DNA from: Podarcis gaigeae
Lineage: Eukaryota
DNA: 64,000 nt
Assembly: GCA_964106915.2 (NCBI GenBank)
Contig: OZ066921.1
Direction: 5' to 3' (one strand)
Shown here in pieces: positions 12,677 to 26,000 of this stretch (position 1 is its first letter; every line of letters starts with the position of its first letter). Under the pieces are notes generated by a model. It saw nothing but the letters and a program-made list of their open reading frames with translations, did no database searches and was not told where the DNA came from. The translations under genes were made by a program, and so were the position numbers.

Positions 12677-15525
12677 CCGACCGCTATCCATCCGACCTGC
12701 CCACAAAGACCTGCCTGTCCTACTCCGTTTCTTCTTTCTTAATGGGACTGGCTTCCCTACTCTTTCCTCTCAGTCATTTCAACCTCCCACCTTATCTCAC
12801 TGGGCTCTGGGACTGCTGGCTCTTCCTTAATACATTTGTAGATTAGCTGCTCCTTCCATTAGTAAATTAGAAATCCTCCAACCCACTAGTTAGGGAGAGG
12901 TTTCCTCTTCCTTTCATGCATGTCTAGATCCCAGCCTTCCCTACCATGTAAGCGTCCATGCCTCTCGTGAAAGAGGGACCATTTTGAATCAAATTCTGTG
13001 GCTTTTCGGGAAATGGTTGGTTCTAGACAGCAATGTCCCTACGTTTCGTTAAGGAGAAAATTCATTGTAGGGGAAGTGTAATTCACAAAAAGAGATTAAC
13101 AGAAGACAACGGTGGGCATGTCAACCAGAGCGTGGCAGGGCTCACACCTTCACAGCAGAGGCTGTAGGAGAGGATGGCTTGAGCAGGACAATGACTGGGA
13201 AGGGCAGGAAGGATGGGGGCTGCCCCCAAATGCAGAAGCAAACCCGCTTCCTCCCAGTTTGTGCTGTATCAAAACAACTGGGATCCACTTTGAGCCTTCC
13301 AGAGAAGGTGGGTGTGAAATAATCGAATGGTCACGCAGAACACCCACTCAGCTCTTCCACCATCACTGCTTTTGCAGTTGTGGCAACCAGTTTCTAATGG
13401 CCATCTAATAATAATAAAGTATAATTTACGCAGATCGCTGTAAAGAGTGGGTCATTCTGAGGTTTTAAGTGGAGTCACAAAATCTGGGAAGCTGCATATT
13501 GAAACAAAATAAATAAAACCCCAGGTGGATCCCCTCTTTCTATGGCACAGAACTGGTCCTTGGGCTGTGCACGGCTAGTGCTAGTCCCAGGCTATCAGGA
13601 GGTACTTACAGTTCAACGACCCTTCAGGAGCTCTTTGGGGGCTGCTCCAGAATGGCCAGCAAAGGAGTCCTACAACACTCCTGTACCATGTCTCTAAACT
13701 CAAACTGCCTGTGCAGTTGAATGCCAGCATTTCAATATCAAAGGCTCAGGTCCCTTGCTCAATGCTGGGGATTACAAGCTTTATGAAAAATCAACATGCA
13801 GATTGATTTTTGGTCAGATAATGTTTTGCCATGTTTTGAACCCAAGGATGATAAAGGCATAAACTGTTCAATTTCTCCCAGATGCAAAATTTACCCAATG
13901 TAGCAGAAGCTTTTTGTGCACCTGAAAGTCAAAATAGCTTCTGACAAAAGTTAGGATGGAGAGCAAGCCATGAATGCCTGAGGATTCTACCTGACAGAGA
14001 GTTTAGAAGAACCAAAATGAAACCTCCAGCAGCCAGGTGAGATACCTCTCCTGGAAGATGCGAGATCCTGAACAGGGCAGAGGGCCCAACCACCCGGCCA
14101 CTCTGTGCCTCTTATCTCTTCCTTTAATTGGTTTAATCTAGCCTGCAGGTCCATGTTGAACAAACCCCAACAAGATGCTGTGCATACTCTTCTGAGACTC
14201 CTTTGCAGGCAACAACCCCCAGCCTTTAGTGGGCTGTTGCAGTCCCAGCAACAACATCCAAAAGAGAGAAGGACGTCTTGTGCTGCTCAAGAGTGTCCGT
14301 TTAAGCCTTCTTGGTCTCATGCGGCAGAGAGGCAGGATGTGCAAAGAGTTAAACAGCTCACATTTCCATTACACTTTGCCACTAGGCACAACGAATTTGA
14401 TGTAATTAAGAACCATTTAGGAGGCAAAGTGTGAATGGATCCAACTGCACTTCTGAATTTTTAAACGGATCCTAAGTGGGAGACAGTGGCCGGCTGCAGC
14501 CTCTCTCCGGAACACAAAGAGCTGCTCCTCTTCCGTGCTGAGTGGAGCCCTCGGAGCAAAGGTAGGGGATGGGGGAAGCAGATTACAAAATTCAGTCACA
14601 TTTGAAAATTTTCTGCTACAATAATTCACTTTATGTAGAATTAATGTGGCTGATTGAACGTTTGTGCTGCAATTTACTTATAATTAACATTTTATGGTGA
14701 ACAGATTTCACCATCGCCTTCATGCAAGGAACTCCGAGCCATAGGTCAAAAACAGAGATGAAACAGAGAAGCACAAAATATTCTCACTGAAATATTAATG
14801 AGATTTTAATTTACTGCTTTAAAAATACATCTTTCATCAACGTCTGTATATCAAATCATTATTTCAATTTCCCCCCTCAAATCACATTAAAACTATAATG
14901 AACTTTTCTGGCCTTTGAAAAGCTCTGAGGGAGAGACATTTGTTTTGAATGAACATCCCTGGGGAGGAGCGCCAAAGCACCCCCCTCCAGCCCATGGCTC
15001 TCTGGCTGACCAGGACCATTTACTGCCCGACTCTTGGCCCACTGGCTTCTGCAGCCATTGCTGCACTCTGGAAAGGAAGGTAAAGTGAGGGTCAGTCAAG
15101 AGGCTCACCCAAGATCCCCTTCTCCTTACTGAAAGCCAGGGCCCCAGGGACTGAAGGGAAACTCCAGCTGGCCACCCCTACATATTCACTTACTGATTTT
15201 ATTTCCCATTGCTTTGAGATGTTTCTCAGGAATGGGGGTGGGGGAAGCAGGGGGGGGGGGAATCTAGGCTGCTTTTCAAAATAAGGATTTCCCCCCAAGC
15301 AACACACAACATTAAAAGCAAAATTATTAAAACAAAATGTAAATTCAAAAGGCAGCATACAAACATTTAAACCTTAACAAGTAAACCATTCCAAATTCAA
15401 AGCCACCCAAATCCACAGTCTTCAACAGCAACAGCTAGCAGCCTTTGCAACAGCCTCAGGTGCTGGATTGCCACTGCTCAAGTAAAAAAGCAGTGTTTTA
15501 AGGTGTATTTGTGAAGATATCCTGC

Positions 15526-15662
15526 TAAGGTTGCCATATGTTCTCTTTTTCCAGGACACGTCCTCTTTTTCATGAGCAGAGTTGTCATAGCGATCCATAG
15601 TTTAAAAGTAGAAATCAGCAAATGTGTCCTTTTTTTTTGCTCTTCAAAATATGGCGACCCTA
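15526..15662. mobile_element. Short MITE with hAT-Tip100-like termini
   Basis: TIRs TAAGGTTGCCATAT / ATATGGCGACCCTA; internal repeated GTCCTCTTTTT motif; TSD not clear. Confidence 0.7.
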
Positions 15663-17235
15663 TCAGCTGAATGCTGAAGAGAAGGGCACAGTGAATTTCT
15701 GCCTGCCACACAGCTGTTGAAGGTAAAAGAGCCTTGCTCTCCTCCACTGCCAACTCTTAAACCATACCAGTGGGTTTCTTGAGCTTCAAAACCAGTTATG
15801 TTACTGTAGCTATTGCATCCATTGATCTTAGGCTGGCAATATGACATTCAGTGCTAGACCAGGACTGGTATTTCAGATGGCAGAGGCGGGGGTGGAGGGG
15901 TCAAAAGAGATTGAAGAATTACAGCAGTCAAGGTTCAGATGCTGCCCGTGCTTGCATAAATTCAAGATTAAATTGTTAAAAAGCATTCTAAGAGCATTTG
16001 CTTTGGTTATTTATTTATATCTCATAATAATAAGTACAACAATGTCATCAGCCCAGGTCAAGCAGGCGCCCTTTTATTTTACTTTTTTAGCAAAAAGGAT
16101 TTGATGCTTTGACATTAATGTATATACCAGAACAATCCACCCCCAAGAATTTCCCTAACCTACCCTCCTGAAAGCAATTAATCCCCCTCCCATGTTGCTG
16201 CTACAATCAACTGATCAGCATCTACATCTGTATTTCCCTTAAAAAAAAACCAACACACCAAGAGCCTGAATAACAACACTAGTCTACACTGCAGGGTTGT
16301 CATGCACTACTCTTTCTCAATCCTCCCGTCACCCCCACTTTAGCAATATTAGTATAGCAACTCTGAGCTATTTTGCATGGCTGATGTAATCCATGCTTTC
16401 TCAACCATAATATCCTCCGTGCAATATGGATATACTAATCATGGATTTTATTTGTATTTCCATTTGCAGGGTGTCACATGAAATTAATCCTGTGCTACGA
16501 AGAGCATGAAGTCCTGTCCTCATTGCACCCTTTTGGTTTGGCTGGACATGCCGCTGCCTGGTCACTGCTACACTAAAATCCTGGATTTCCAAATTATTAT
16601 CTCTGATCAACAATTACTTGTCTGTTACAGAAGAAGAAAGCATCAAAAAGACTCAGCCATTCCTTTATCTGTTGTTTTGAATCTAGCAAAAAAAAAAAAA
16701 AGTTTGAGCCACAGAGCTTCAAAATGACCCAGGAAGTCCCTTCTCCATTGTGTGCAGAAGGGGTTTCCTGGGTCACGCTGGAGCTGCTTTGTGCTCTTCT
16801 CTGATGTGTGGGTCACTCTGCATTTATCTGTAGCACTTGCCAATCACAGCGGTGATCACTCACAGCCTACAAACACTGAAAAGTGGGAACAGGCTCATAT
16901 TTCATGAGGCTTTTGGGGGTGGGGAATAGTGCCTGCACAGCTTGCTTCATAACATTTGTTCTACAAGGGCTAGAAAATTTACTTTTAAAAAAAGAAAAGA
17001 AAGCTCAGAGTCTGCTCTCCTGCTGGCTCTGGGCTCGGTCCCTCCTTCTCTGGTTGGGTGCTGCAGGAAACAGAGAAAGTGTCCTTCTCTTGAGTCAGGC
17101 CATTAGGTCATCTAGATCAGCACTGTCAACACTGACTGGCAGCAGCTCTCCAAGTTTCAAGTTAGAGGAAATTCCCAGTCCTATCTGGAGGTGCCATTGT
17201 TTCCCCACTTCTAATTTTATTATTTTCAGAAGCAT

Positions 17236-17295
17236 ATAATATAATATAATATAATATAATATAATATAATATAATATAATATAATATAATATAAT
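17236..17295. repeat. (ATAAT)n microsatellite
   Basis: Direct reading. Confidence 0.95.
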
Positions 17296-17335
17296 AATAA
17301 TATAAACCTTTGTGTATTGGTGGCGGTGCAATTGT

Positions 17336-17390
17336 GGATCGAACCAGGGGCCTTCTGCATGCTGAGCAAAGGTTTGACCATTTAGCTACA
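17336..17390 (-). mobile_element. tRNA-derived SINE head fragment (same family as 3376-3563)
   Basis: Reverse complement TGTAGCTAAATGGTC...GCATGCAGAAGGCCCCTGGTTCGATCC aligns with the 3.4 kb SINE head; B box intact. Confidence 0.7.
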
Positions 17391-17620
17391 ATGCGCCTTC
17401 CTATGAACAGGATGCTAGACTAGGTTGGCCTTTGGTCTGATCCAGCCCTAAGGCGCTCCCGCCCATATCACATCAAAAACATTCACCGACATTTCTGCCT
17501 CAGAGTCGTAGGCTCTTAAGTTCAGTCACCACTAGCAAGGAGTGCGGCTGGCTATGCAGAAGAGGATATTACCATTATCATACATACGAACTGGGGAGGA
17601 AATAAGATGGTAACAATAGG

Positions 17621-17626
17621 ACACAT

Positions 17627-17681
<55 letters not shown>
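17621..17681. repeat. Compound (CA)n(GA)n microsatellite
   Basis: Direct reading. Confidence 0.9.
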
Positions 17682-17686
<5 letters not shown>

Positions 17687-17997
17687 AAGCAACCTTTCCT
17701 TATTTCTCTCGTAATAATCTGGTTTTTGCTGCAAAGATTGCAAGAACAGCCCCCTCACACACCATCCCCTACCAATCCCAGGCCTCGCTTTGAGTTCATT
17801 CTGTGCATTTACACATTCTGAAAGAAAGAAAGGAAGGAAAACCTAATGAATATACTCAAAACAACAACCTTGTCTGTGTTCAAAAGGCCCTGGATTTTGC
17901 TCCAAAGTTGCAGTTCCATAGTAGAAAGATAGAAACATCCCTGGGAATTATTACTAATTTTTAAACAGCACTAAAGAATTAAAGCACAAGAGAAAAA

Positions 17998-18164
17998 NNN
18001 NNNNNNNNNNNNNNNNNNNNNNNNNNNNNNNNNNNNNNNNNNNNNNNNNNNNNNNNNNNNNNNNNNNNNNNNNNNNNNNNNNNNNNNNNNNNNNNNNNNN
18101 NNNNNNNNNNNNNNNNNNNNNNNNNNNNNNNNNNNNNNNNNNNNNNNNNNNNNNNNNNNNNNNN
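17998..18164. other. Assembly gap (N run)
   Basis: 167 Ns. Confidence 1.
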
Positions 18165-20346
18165 GGAGGGAAAATGGGTTGGGGGGGCATTTCAGCTTAA
18201 AAGGAGACTTTATTCATTCCTGATCAGCTTCTCCTTCTATTCTCTCTTTTATTCTTAGATATCTTTTTTTTTTTTAAGGCGGCCCTTCAGATGTTACACA
18301 TCCAACCCTGTGAATCCCACCTCTGGGCAGTGAGGGTGGAATTCAGCATCCAATCGGCTCTTTCTACAGCCCTGAAAAACCAATTTGCTCATAAAGATTT
18401 TTTTTTTTTAAGGGAGAAGCACAACAAGAGGGGGCTGGAGTTGCTCTTGGAGGAGAGCTTCAATTTCACTGTAATTGTCAGAAGAAGGGCTGCTTTGATC
18501 TACAGAATCATGATTATCTTTCAAATGTCTGTGCATTAATGCAGCAGCTGCACTTTGGCAGGAGGGCATCAAGAGGGTGTTGCAGGATAACCTCCGGCTT
18601 TGGCCCTGCTTAGCTCCCCCCACAAGCCTCCCTCTTCACTCTTCCCCCACCCCACTTATTATTTCCAAGGCCACTTAGGAAGATGCCCCACAAGCAGCAG
18701 CGGCAGATGTAAAGCTCTTCGTGACCGGCCTTGGTGTTTCCGAGAAGGTCCCACCAAAGGTTTGGGAAGGAGCTCTCCAGGCAACACAAGAAATGCTCTT
18801 GTCTGTCAAGCCCCCATCCCTGCCCCCAGTCCCAACCCCAGGCAAAGGCAACTGGGAGGAGACTTGAATCTTGGGTGAAGGCTCATCTTCTGATCTTCAT
18901 ATTTACGTTCTCCATCCTGCATTATCCAAACAGAAGAATTTTGTGTTGCATGCTGTTGCTACAATCTTCAAACCCAGTTCTGGAAATCACAATCCACAGC
19001 ATGATCTGGTTGGGAAGATGGAGCCTGGGAGAGGCCCTCATCTGTGCACCTGCAGCTGCCAGGTGGCAAGACTAAGGGCCCGGTTACACCCTATGTGGAC
19101 ACTGGATGGCTGCCAGAGACCCGCCTCCCCAAAGAATTACTGGGCAAAAGACACAGGTGCCACTGTATTCCATGATCTCACCACCACCACCACCATTCCA
19201 GTTCACTGACTGCCACTGACTGGAGGAGACAGTGCACTGAATGCATGGATTCATGCCACATGTTTCTTTTGCCAAATGCTACTGAGGGGACACAGGTTGG
19301 TGGGAGCTGCGTCCCCCTCCCACACACATGAAGTCCACCCTAAATCACTGGAAGATAAGCAGTCACCTTCATTTCTCTGATGCATTTTTTTGGCCCTCAA
19401 CCCCAACACTACATTAGTCCTTGATTCACTGATTCCATTTCTCTCCTGCCCATCCAAGGCTCCTTATAGAAGCTACTGACTGTTTTGTTTTTGTGAGAAG
19501 TGGGGCATCTGCAAAGGGGAAGAGGAAGACTTGCTTGGGAAAGCCAGTAGGCCCACCAACCTCACTTTCCCACCTGCACGTGCTCCCCACCTAACCTTAT
19601 GCTAATTAGCCATGCAGCCCCACCAAGAGCAAAGTTGCCTGCCACATCCCCCTCCCTCACCATGATTTATGTTCAATTTGTACAAATGGAGAAAATGAGA
19701 TTTCTGATTTCAATGCCATTTCTGCAATGAAGTGATTAAAAGAGAGAGAGAGAGAAGGAGAGAGAGTAGGGGAGAGGGAGGCACTGCGTTCGACTGTATA
19801 GAATATTGATCCTGGCGCTATTTTTCTTTGCAATAACCATTAGCCCTGTATTATTTGCAAACCTCTAATGTGAACCCGAGGATGTAATTTACATTTCTGC
19901 TTTCCTTATTTGCCTTAACAAAACAACAACAAAAAAGCTTTGGGCCTTTCAATCTATCCACATTGTCAATAAAATCAGCAGCTGATAGGAATTTGTGCAT
20001 ATGCTAAACTGTCATCTCCATGTAAACGACAGAGGGTAAAGCGAGGAGCAGAGGGGACTAGGAAGGCTTCAGATTGCCTATACTTGGCACAGGTCTCCTC
20101 CTGTGTCCATCCTATACCTGTTATTTGCTCTCCGCTCCCTGGCAGCACAGTCCTGGCTCCTGGAAGCAATGCACAGGAAGCCATGCAGGCAATAGGCCTG
20201 GATGTGGCCTGGGGAATATAGCCACATAACAAACTCAGGGCGCTTCCAGATTTTTGAGTAGGATTCAGCCACAAACTGGCAAATGAAGGCTGCACAGTTA
20301 AAGTTGTTTGGGTGGTCTTGTGCAACAAACCCACTTTTCTGAAAGA

Positions 20347-20349
<3 letters not shown>

Positions 20350-20394
<45 letters not shown>
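20350..20394. repeat. (TA)n microsatellite
   Basis: Direct reading. Confidence 0.95.
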
Positions 20395-20397
<3 letters not shown>

Positions 20398-20433
20398 CAA
20401 TCAGGAAAGTGATGAGAAAATGCACTGGAATAA

Positions 20434-20616
20434 TATATCCTCCAAATGTCCTGATTTTCTAGGGACAGTCCTGGAATTACAGAAGCCGCCCGGTTTCTGA
20501 TTTGATCCTGGACTGTCCCACTTTTCCAATAGGACGCCCCTATTTTCATCAGAGAAATGTCAGAAGAGATGGAGGAGGACATCCCTCTTTTCATCAGAGA
20601 AATGTTGAAGGGTATG
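20434..20616 (+). mobile_element. MITE, CATACCCTCCAA-terminus family, copy 1
   Basis: Termini TATATCCTCCAAAT / ATGTTGAAGGGTATG; flanked by GGAATAA / GGATAAC, matching the single GGAATAAC in the uninterrupted host repeat at 63035-63042; homologous to 26001-26311 and 28345-28736. Confidence 0.8.
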
Positions 20617-22969
20617 GGATAACACTTGCTTTGATGCAACATCATCTAACCACCCCTCAAACAAACTGGAAAGAATGCTCACTGAATGGCCAGCATCATC
20701 TAATCTGCCTGCAAATGAATCGAGATGGATCCTTAGTAAAGAAGTTGTCTCGAAGTGGCCTCTCACACCATTTTACAGCCAGCCATTTCATCACTCCAGA
20801 TCCTGGAGGGGGCACATCAGGGGCACCTAAGCTGTGACCCTCCAAATGGTCCTGGACTACAGGTTCCATCACCCCAAATGTGGGCCATGTTCACTGCAGT
20901 TCAGCAACATCTGGAGGGCTGCAGATTAGCCACAGGGACACTTTGCAGAGGGTTGCAACTGCAGCCAATAAACTACAGCGAAAGAAGGTGTTTCAAATGT
21001 GCTCTAAAGGTATAGTGTGTACACTGAAACAGGCACATTGTAGGGTAGATGATGCCCCTTGTTATGTGATGGGTGGCCAGTGTGACTGAGCTGTGCCCCT
21101 CCCTACAAAGGTCCAGCTCTTTGTTAATGGGCTTTAGGTTACGATGGTGGACCTATTCCAGTTCATAAGCACCCAGCCAGCCATCAAAGAGGCAACAGGC
21201 AGTAAAAAAGCCCAAAGAAGTGTGTGTGGAATGGAGAGGTACTAGAGACAGAAAGGCAGGTGTGGGGACAGGACAAGCAAGGTAGCTCTTGCCCTTCAGC
21301 CAGGAGGGATGCAACACTCTTGCCTCTGAATCAGGAGGACTTTGTCAGGGTGGGGAAAACAGTCATGCAAAGGTCCAAATCCACCTGGGACTCTCATGCA
21401 GAGATTGCTGGAAAAGCCCTTACTGAGCTAATTGCACAAGGAGTTTGTAACACAGGTACACACACCTGCGCCACACACACCAGTCCAAGGAGAATCAAGA
21501 TGGGGAGGCAGGGATGGAGTCCTGAGAAGTTGTCAGACATCATGTTGCCACTTGGGTACCAGTTCTGGACAAAGGAGATGAGGAAGTTTCTAGGCATCCC
21601 CAAAAACAAGGAGAAGGAAAGCAGGAGAGGGAGCCCAGCCCAGCTAATGACCCTTAATTGCCACAAGCAGCATGGCACTGAGGCCAGGCGGCTGCTTTGC
21701 ATTCTTGGGATGTAGGGTATGCAAATGCCTCCCAAGGGCTGACACAGTTTCTCTATTGTGGATCCTGAGGGTAACAAAATTAGCCTTTGGCAGCCATGGT
21801 AATTGGGAGGTGCGGTTCCCATTAGGAGTCCTACAAATGATGAAGAAAAATGGACCAGGGGCTTTGTCGCAAATAATAATAGCAAGAAGAAAAGAGCAGG
21901 CGCCTGCCTCTGTTCTCCCCCCCCCCCACGCCAAATCTCTCTCTTTATTTCTAGATGGTGCAGTTAATGCCTCCTTGTTTAGTAACAAGAAAATAGTCTG
22001 CAGTCCCCTGCTGGACTTTTCCAAGGCAAGATCACATGGTGGATAATATAAAATCCAATCCGAAGATGGAGTTGCAGCAGAGCCAAAGTGCCAGTGGCTG
22101 ATCCAGACAATGTTCTTGTCCCTGCTTCGCCCCCGCCTTTGTTGTGAGTGAGGACTGAGACCTGAAGCAACATGGAAGGATGTGCTTCCTGGTCCCTGAA
22201 GTGCTAGACATCTTTGAACAATCCCAACCCATGACTTCTTCTTTCCCCTGCTGCAAATGGGGGGTCCTAGCCTGCTCCCAAATGTGCCTGCCCGGGATGA
22301 AGGTCTCAGCCGCTGAGAACTTGAAATGCTCTGCCAACATCTTCAATGGCTGCTGACCCTCTCACAGTGCAGATACTGCAAGTCAGAAAATGAGTGGCCT
22401 CTTTGATCTCCCTGCCAGGAGACCAAATGTCACATTCAAGAAGCCCCAGCCGCCGCCCCCAAGTTTACACCTGAGACTGTTTTCCTCCCGAGTCCCGAGG
22501 GTTTTCCATACTACTGGGTCGGGGTAGTAGAGAACGTGAGAAGTTTCACATACATAGTGCAGCAGGCCACTGCTCTGCAACTATGCTGTGTTTCCTTTTG
22601 CAAGAAAACTGCAAGATGTGCCCAAGGTTCACTCAGGTTTGTGGATGAAGCTAACGGAAACAAAGGAAGTGAGGCAGATGTCCAAGGAAGGCCTCCCTCC
22701 TTCCTTCTGAAGTGCATGAGGCCATTGCCAGTCACATCAGGACCCAGCCAGAGGGCTCTGGAATTTGGCTGAGCCAGGGTACTGGAAAGTTCCCTTGTTG
22801 CATGGTGTCCAGAGAAAGGCCTGAAGCCAGATGATTGGGTCTGTCCTGCACAGTATCAGCACTGGGTGGGGGGCAGTTTTGGGGGATGCCATGAATGCAG
22901 CTCTGAGCCAGCAATAAAAGGGGAATGAGGGATTTGGGAATATTGAACTGTTGCAGTCACATTTGTGCT

Positions 22970-23082
22970 TTGAACTGCAATTTGTTAAGGGTGCTGGGAA
23001 TTATAGTTCTGTGAAGGATAAACTACAGTTCCCATGATTCTTGGGGGGAAGCCATGTGCTTCTGATGTATGGTGTGGATGTG
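22970..23082. mobile_element. Degenerate squamate MITE fragment
   Basis: Inverted GGGAATTATAGTT...AACTACAGTTCCC core and ...GTATGGTGTGGATGTG end; recognised from recall as a common lizard repeat. Confidence 0.5.
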
Positions 23083-24349
23083 CATGAAACTCAACCAGGT
23101 GGAGAATGCTGCTGCTGCTGCTGCTGCTGAGATGTCCCTCTCAAAGGAGCGTCAAGACAGAGGATGTCTGGGGCAGGAGTGTAAAGAGCCGTCACAGGCC
23201 ACACCTCATCCTGAATTCTGTTTCTGGTTCACCCACTAAAAGAGGAACTCCACACACCCTGAGCTGTTTCTCATTCCTTTCCGCTCTCTACATTCTTCTT
23301 CTTGTTTATTATTATTTCAAACCAGGCAGCACAACAGCAGCCATTAAACAACACCAATCAGGGAGGCACCCACAATGCTGGGAGGACTAAGTCTGCATGA
23401 GGACGATCCTGCAAGCGACACAGGGTGTGTGGCAGAATGAAAGAGGAGGAACAAACTGTGCCTGGGGATGGGGGGCCCATTACCTCTCCCCCAGGTCCTG
23501 GGGTAACAGGCGGTCAGCCTCCCCACTCCACTCCTGCAGGAATCCAGGGCAGCCCTAAGAGATTACGAAATCCCAAACCCAGAAAGGCTCCCTGAGCTGC
23601 GCAGACGAGTTGAAGGGAACAGCTCACTCACACAATGACAACAATGCTCGACTTTTTCATACTTATGCTAACTCTCCATCATAGAAACCGCCGCAGTCAA
23701 TGTCTTAACCCCAGATCTTTATTTTTTCATTGTTTCCCCTCAGGGCCTCTTTAAGGAGCCGGCAGAGGAGCCACTTTCCACGTCGGGCGCAGTTGGCACG
23801 CCGGCCAAGTGTACTTAAACTTTGCGTCTGATCAAGTTATGTGTATTGGATCTGAAACCAGCGAGTCAATTCTTCCAGGTCCCTAAGTGGCGATTTGTGG
23901 TAATGTCTACATCAATACGAAGAGAGCGGTTTGCTAGCTGGTTTACGTAAAGCAAATGCCTGCAGGATGGGAGGGGGCCTCCAAGGGTTCTCCCAGCTAA
24001 TGGTGTTGTGCACATATGGTGTGGGGGGGGAGCACAAGCAGAGGCCAAGCAGGAGAGGGTGCTTTTTATGCAAACCTCCATGCAAAGGAACCACCACAAC
24101 CACCACCAACTGAAGGGTTCTTTCCCATTTCCACCAAAGCTAATCTTTCCCAGCCTACCAACATCTCTCTGCCACCTTCCTGGCAAGCACCACCCACCTG
24201 TCCTGAGGTGGAGAAGGATGGGGAGCCTCTGGAGGCGACCTGTGGGCCAGGCCAGGAGATGAAGAACTGGGTATTCTGTCACAGGGACTTCCCCAGAATG
24301 GCAGGCTGTGCTTTCTCTCATTTGCTTGGTTTTTTGGGGGGGGGGGCTC

Positions 24350-24660
24350 TTGGCACACAAGGCTGTGTGAAAATTGATTTATGGGATCCACTGCTGTGGG
24401 ATGCAGTGATAGCCCTACAACAGAGAGAAAGAACAAGGAGGTTTAAAGGGGGATTAGAGGAATTCATGGGTGAGTGGGGAGATCTGTCAATGGCTGTTTG
24501 TCATGGTTGGTCTGTGGAAGATGCTCTGGGTTTAGCCTATACTGCTCCTAACATTTGCTGGCAGGCACAGAGCAGGGAGCACTTATCCCTGCTTGTGGGC
24601 CTCTTGAAGGCATTGCTACTTGGTGGGGCAGATGAACTGAGGTGATTCCTGCTTCTGATC
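24350..24660 (+). mobile_element. Degenerate CR1 LINE fragment (ORF2 C-terminus and 3' UTR)
   Basis: Translation ..DLWDPLLWDAVIA..RFKGGLEEFMGE.. resembles the CR1 ORF2 end (LWNSLPxxVV..FKxGLDxFM). Confidence 0.6.
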
Positions 24661-26000
24661 TCTCCCCTGAACAAGCCTTCCGGTGTGCCTTCAACAGCAT
24701 CGCTACTCTATACCAGACACGCTCCCCTGCCCACATCTACCTGGCCACCTGGAGAAGAAGCCAGATGAAGAAGACAAGAGAAGCATTTGAGAAAATTCCA
24801 CCGGAGTCCTGGCCACATGTAAGATTTCCCAGAATGCTAAGCAGCACTGCTCACATCCTTCTTTTGAAAGCGTCAACAGGATCCCCTTGCCCTCGGTGAC
24901 TCCCAGCTCCTCTGTGGCAGTGCAGGTGAGCAAAAGTTTGATGGAACAAGGTTGGGAGGTGCAATGGGAATTTCTTACATTCAGTTTTAAGACACCAGAT
25001 GCCCATTGCCTCTGTGTGCTTTCTTGTGAGAATCAGCCCAACGTCACTGAAGTCCTTAAGTTAGTTATAAACATCCCTCAGATCTAGGAAAGCTCTCAAG
25101 AAAGACTAGCTCGCAGCAATGACCTCAGGAGAACCTTATTACGTCCTCTCTAGGATTTCAGGACAACCTTCTCTGAGCTGCCTCCTCCTTCTTCATCTTC
25201 CTCCTTTCCTTGACCTCTGGACCAGTTTCACCCAACTGAGATGCCCTCCGGGTGTTTTGAACTACAACTCCTATTAGCCTCCGCAACATGTTGGCTAGGG
25301 AGGAAGGATCACAAAGGAGCCACCACTGCAGCAAAGATTTCCATAGGTAGAGAGAATCTGCTTATCCATTTGACACTGCTAAGTTTAGTCTTCTTAAGTA
25401 CCAGCTCCCCGCTGCCTGCTGCTGCCACCATGACAGTGATTCTCTTCTATTTCCCATTAATTATTCGTTTTGCAATTGTACATCTCCATCCCTCTGGGAT
25501 TGTGCTGCTGCTGGCATTTGGCACACAATTTATGGAAAGTTTCCATAAATATGATGCTGTTCAGAAAAGGAGCAAGATATTAGTTTAGAATTTGCAGACT
25601 ATCACAGGCTGAGGACACACCACTGATTTATCGTCCCCTGTAAATTCAGAGGCACGGCTGGTGCTGCACTCATAAACTGCAGATGAGCTGGGGTTGGCGT
25701 TTCTCTCAAGCCCAACCAACTGCTGGGAGGACTCAACAGCCACCAACTGCAGAGATGGCGGCCTACTGCCCCTCTGGCCTCTTCGGCCTACCTGCTAGAG
25801 TCAGGGATTCTTCAGCAGCCATTGCCACTAGGAATGGTTGACCTAGATTCTTCTGCTGGACAAGGACTCCTCTGAGGTCCTGGGGCTGCCATGATTGATT
25901 TCAGCTCCCCACTGCTCTGCTCACACCTTCCTCCCACAAACAGCAGCAAACCAGGCCTTAGCTGATACTCCTACTCTATCCCATAAATGCTTTGCAGCTG

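Larger units (their letters stand above)
20238..20760. mobile_element. Older interspersed repeat (possible Harbinger-type MITE) interrupted by (TA)n and by a younger MITE
   Basis: Imperfect termini GGGCGCTTCCAGA / TCTCGAAGTGGCC (10/13); 20616-20757 is clearly homologous to 63035-63174. The superfamily is inference. Confidence 0.55.

Noticed and set aside
12117-12846. Stack of overlapping 70-196 aa ORFs on both strands
   Set aside because: A by-product of the stop-poor, GC-rich hAT-like element.
14694-14714. Short perfect hairpins of 6-8 bp (also near 35931, 43951, 46496, 46842)
   Set aside because: Expected by chance in 64 kb; the CAGAT loop here is not an IRE (CAGUGN).
24016-24645. Longest ORF (209 aa)
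   Set aside because: GTG start, no coherent domain; the only recognisable part is a decayed CR1 ORF2 C-terminus.
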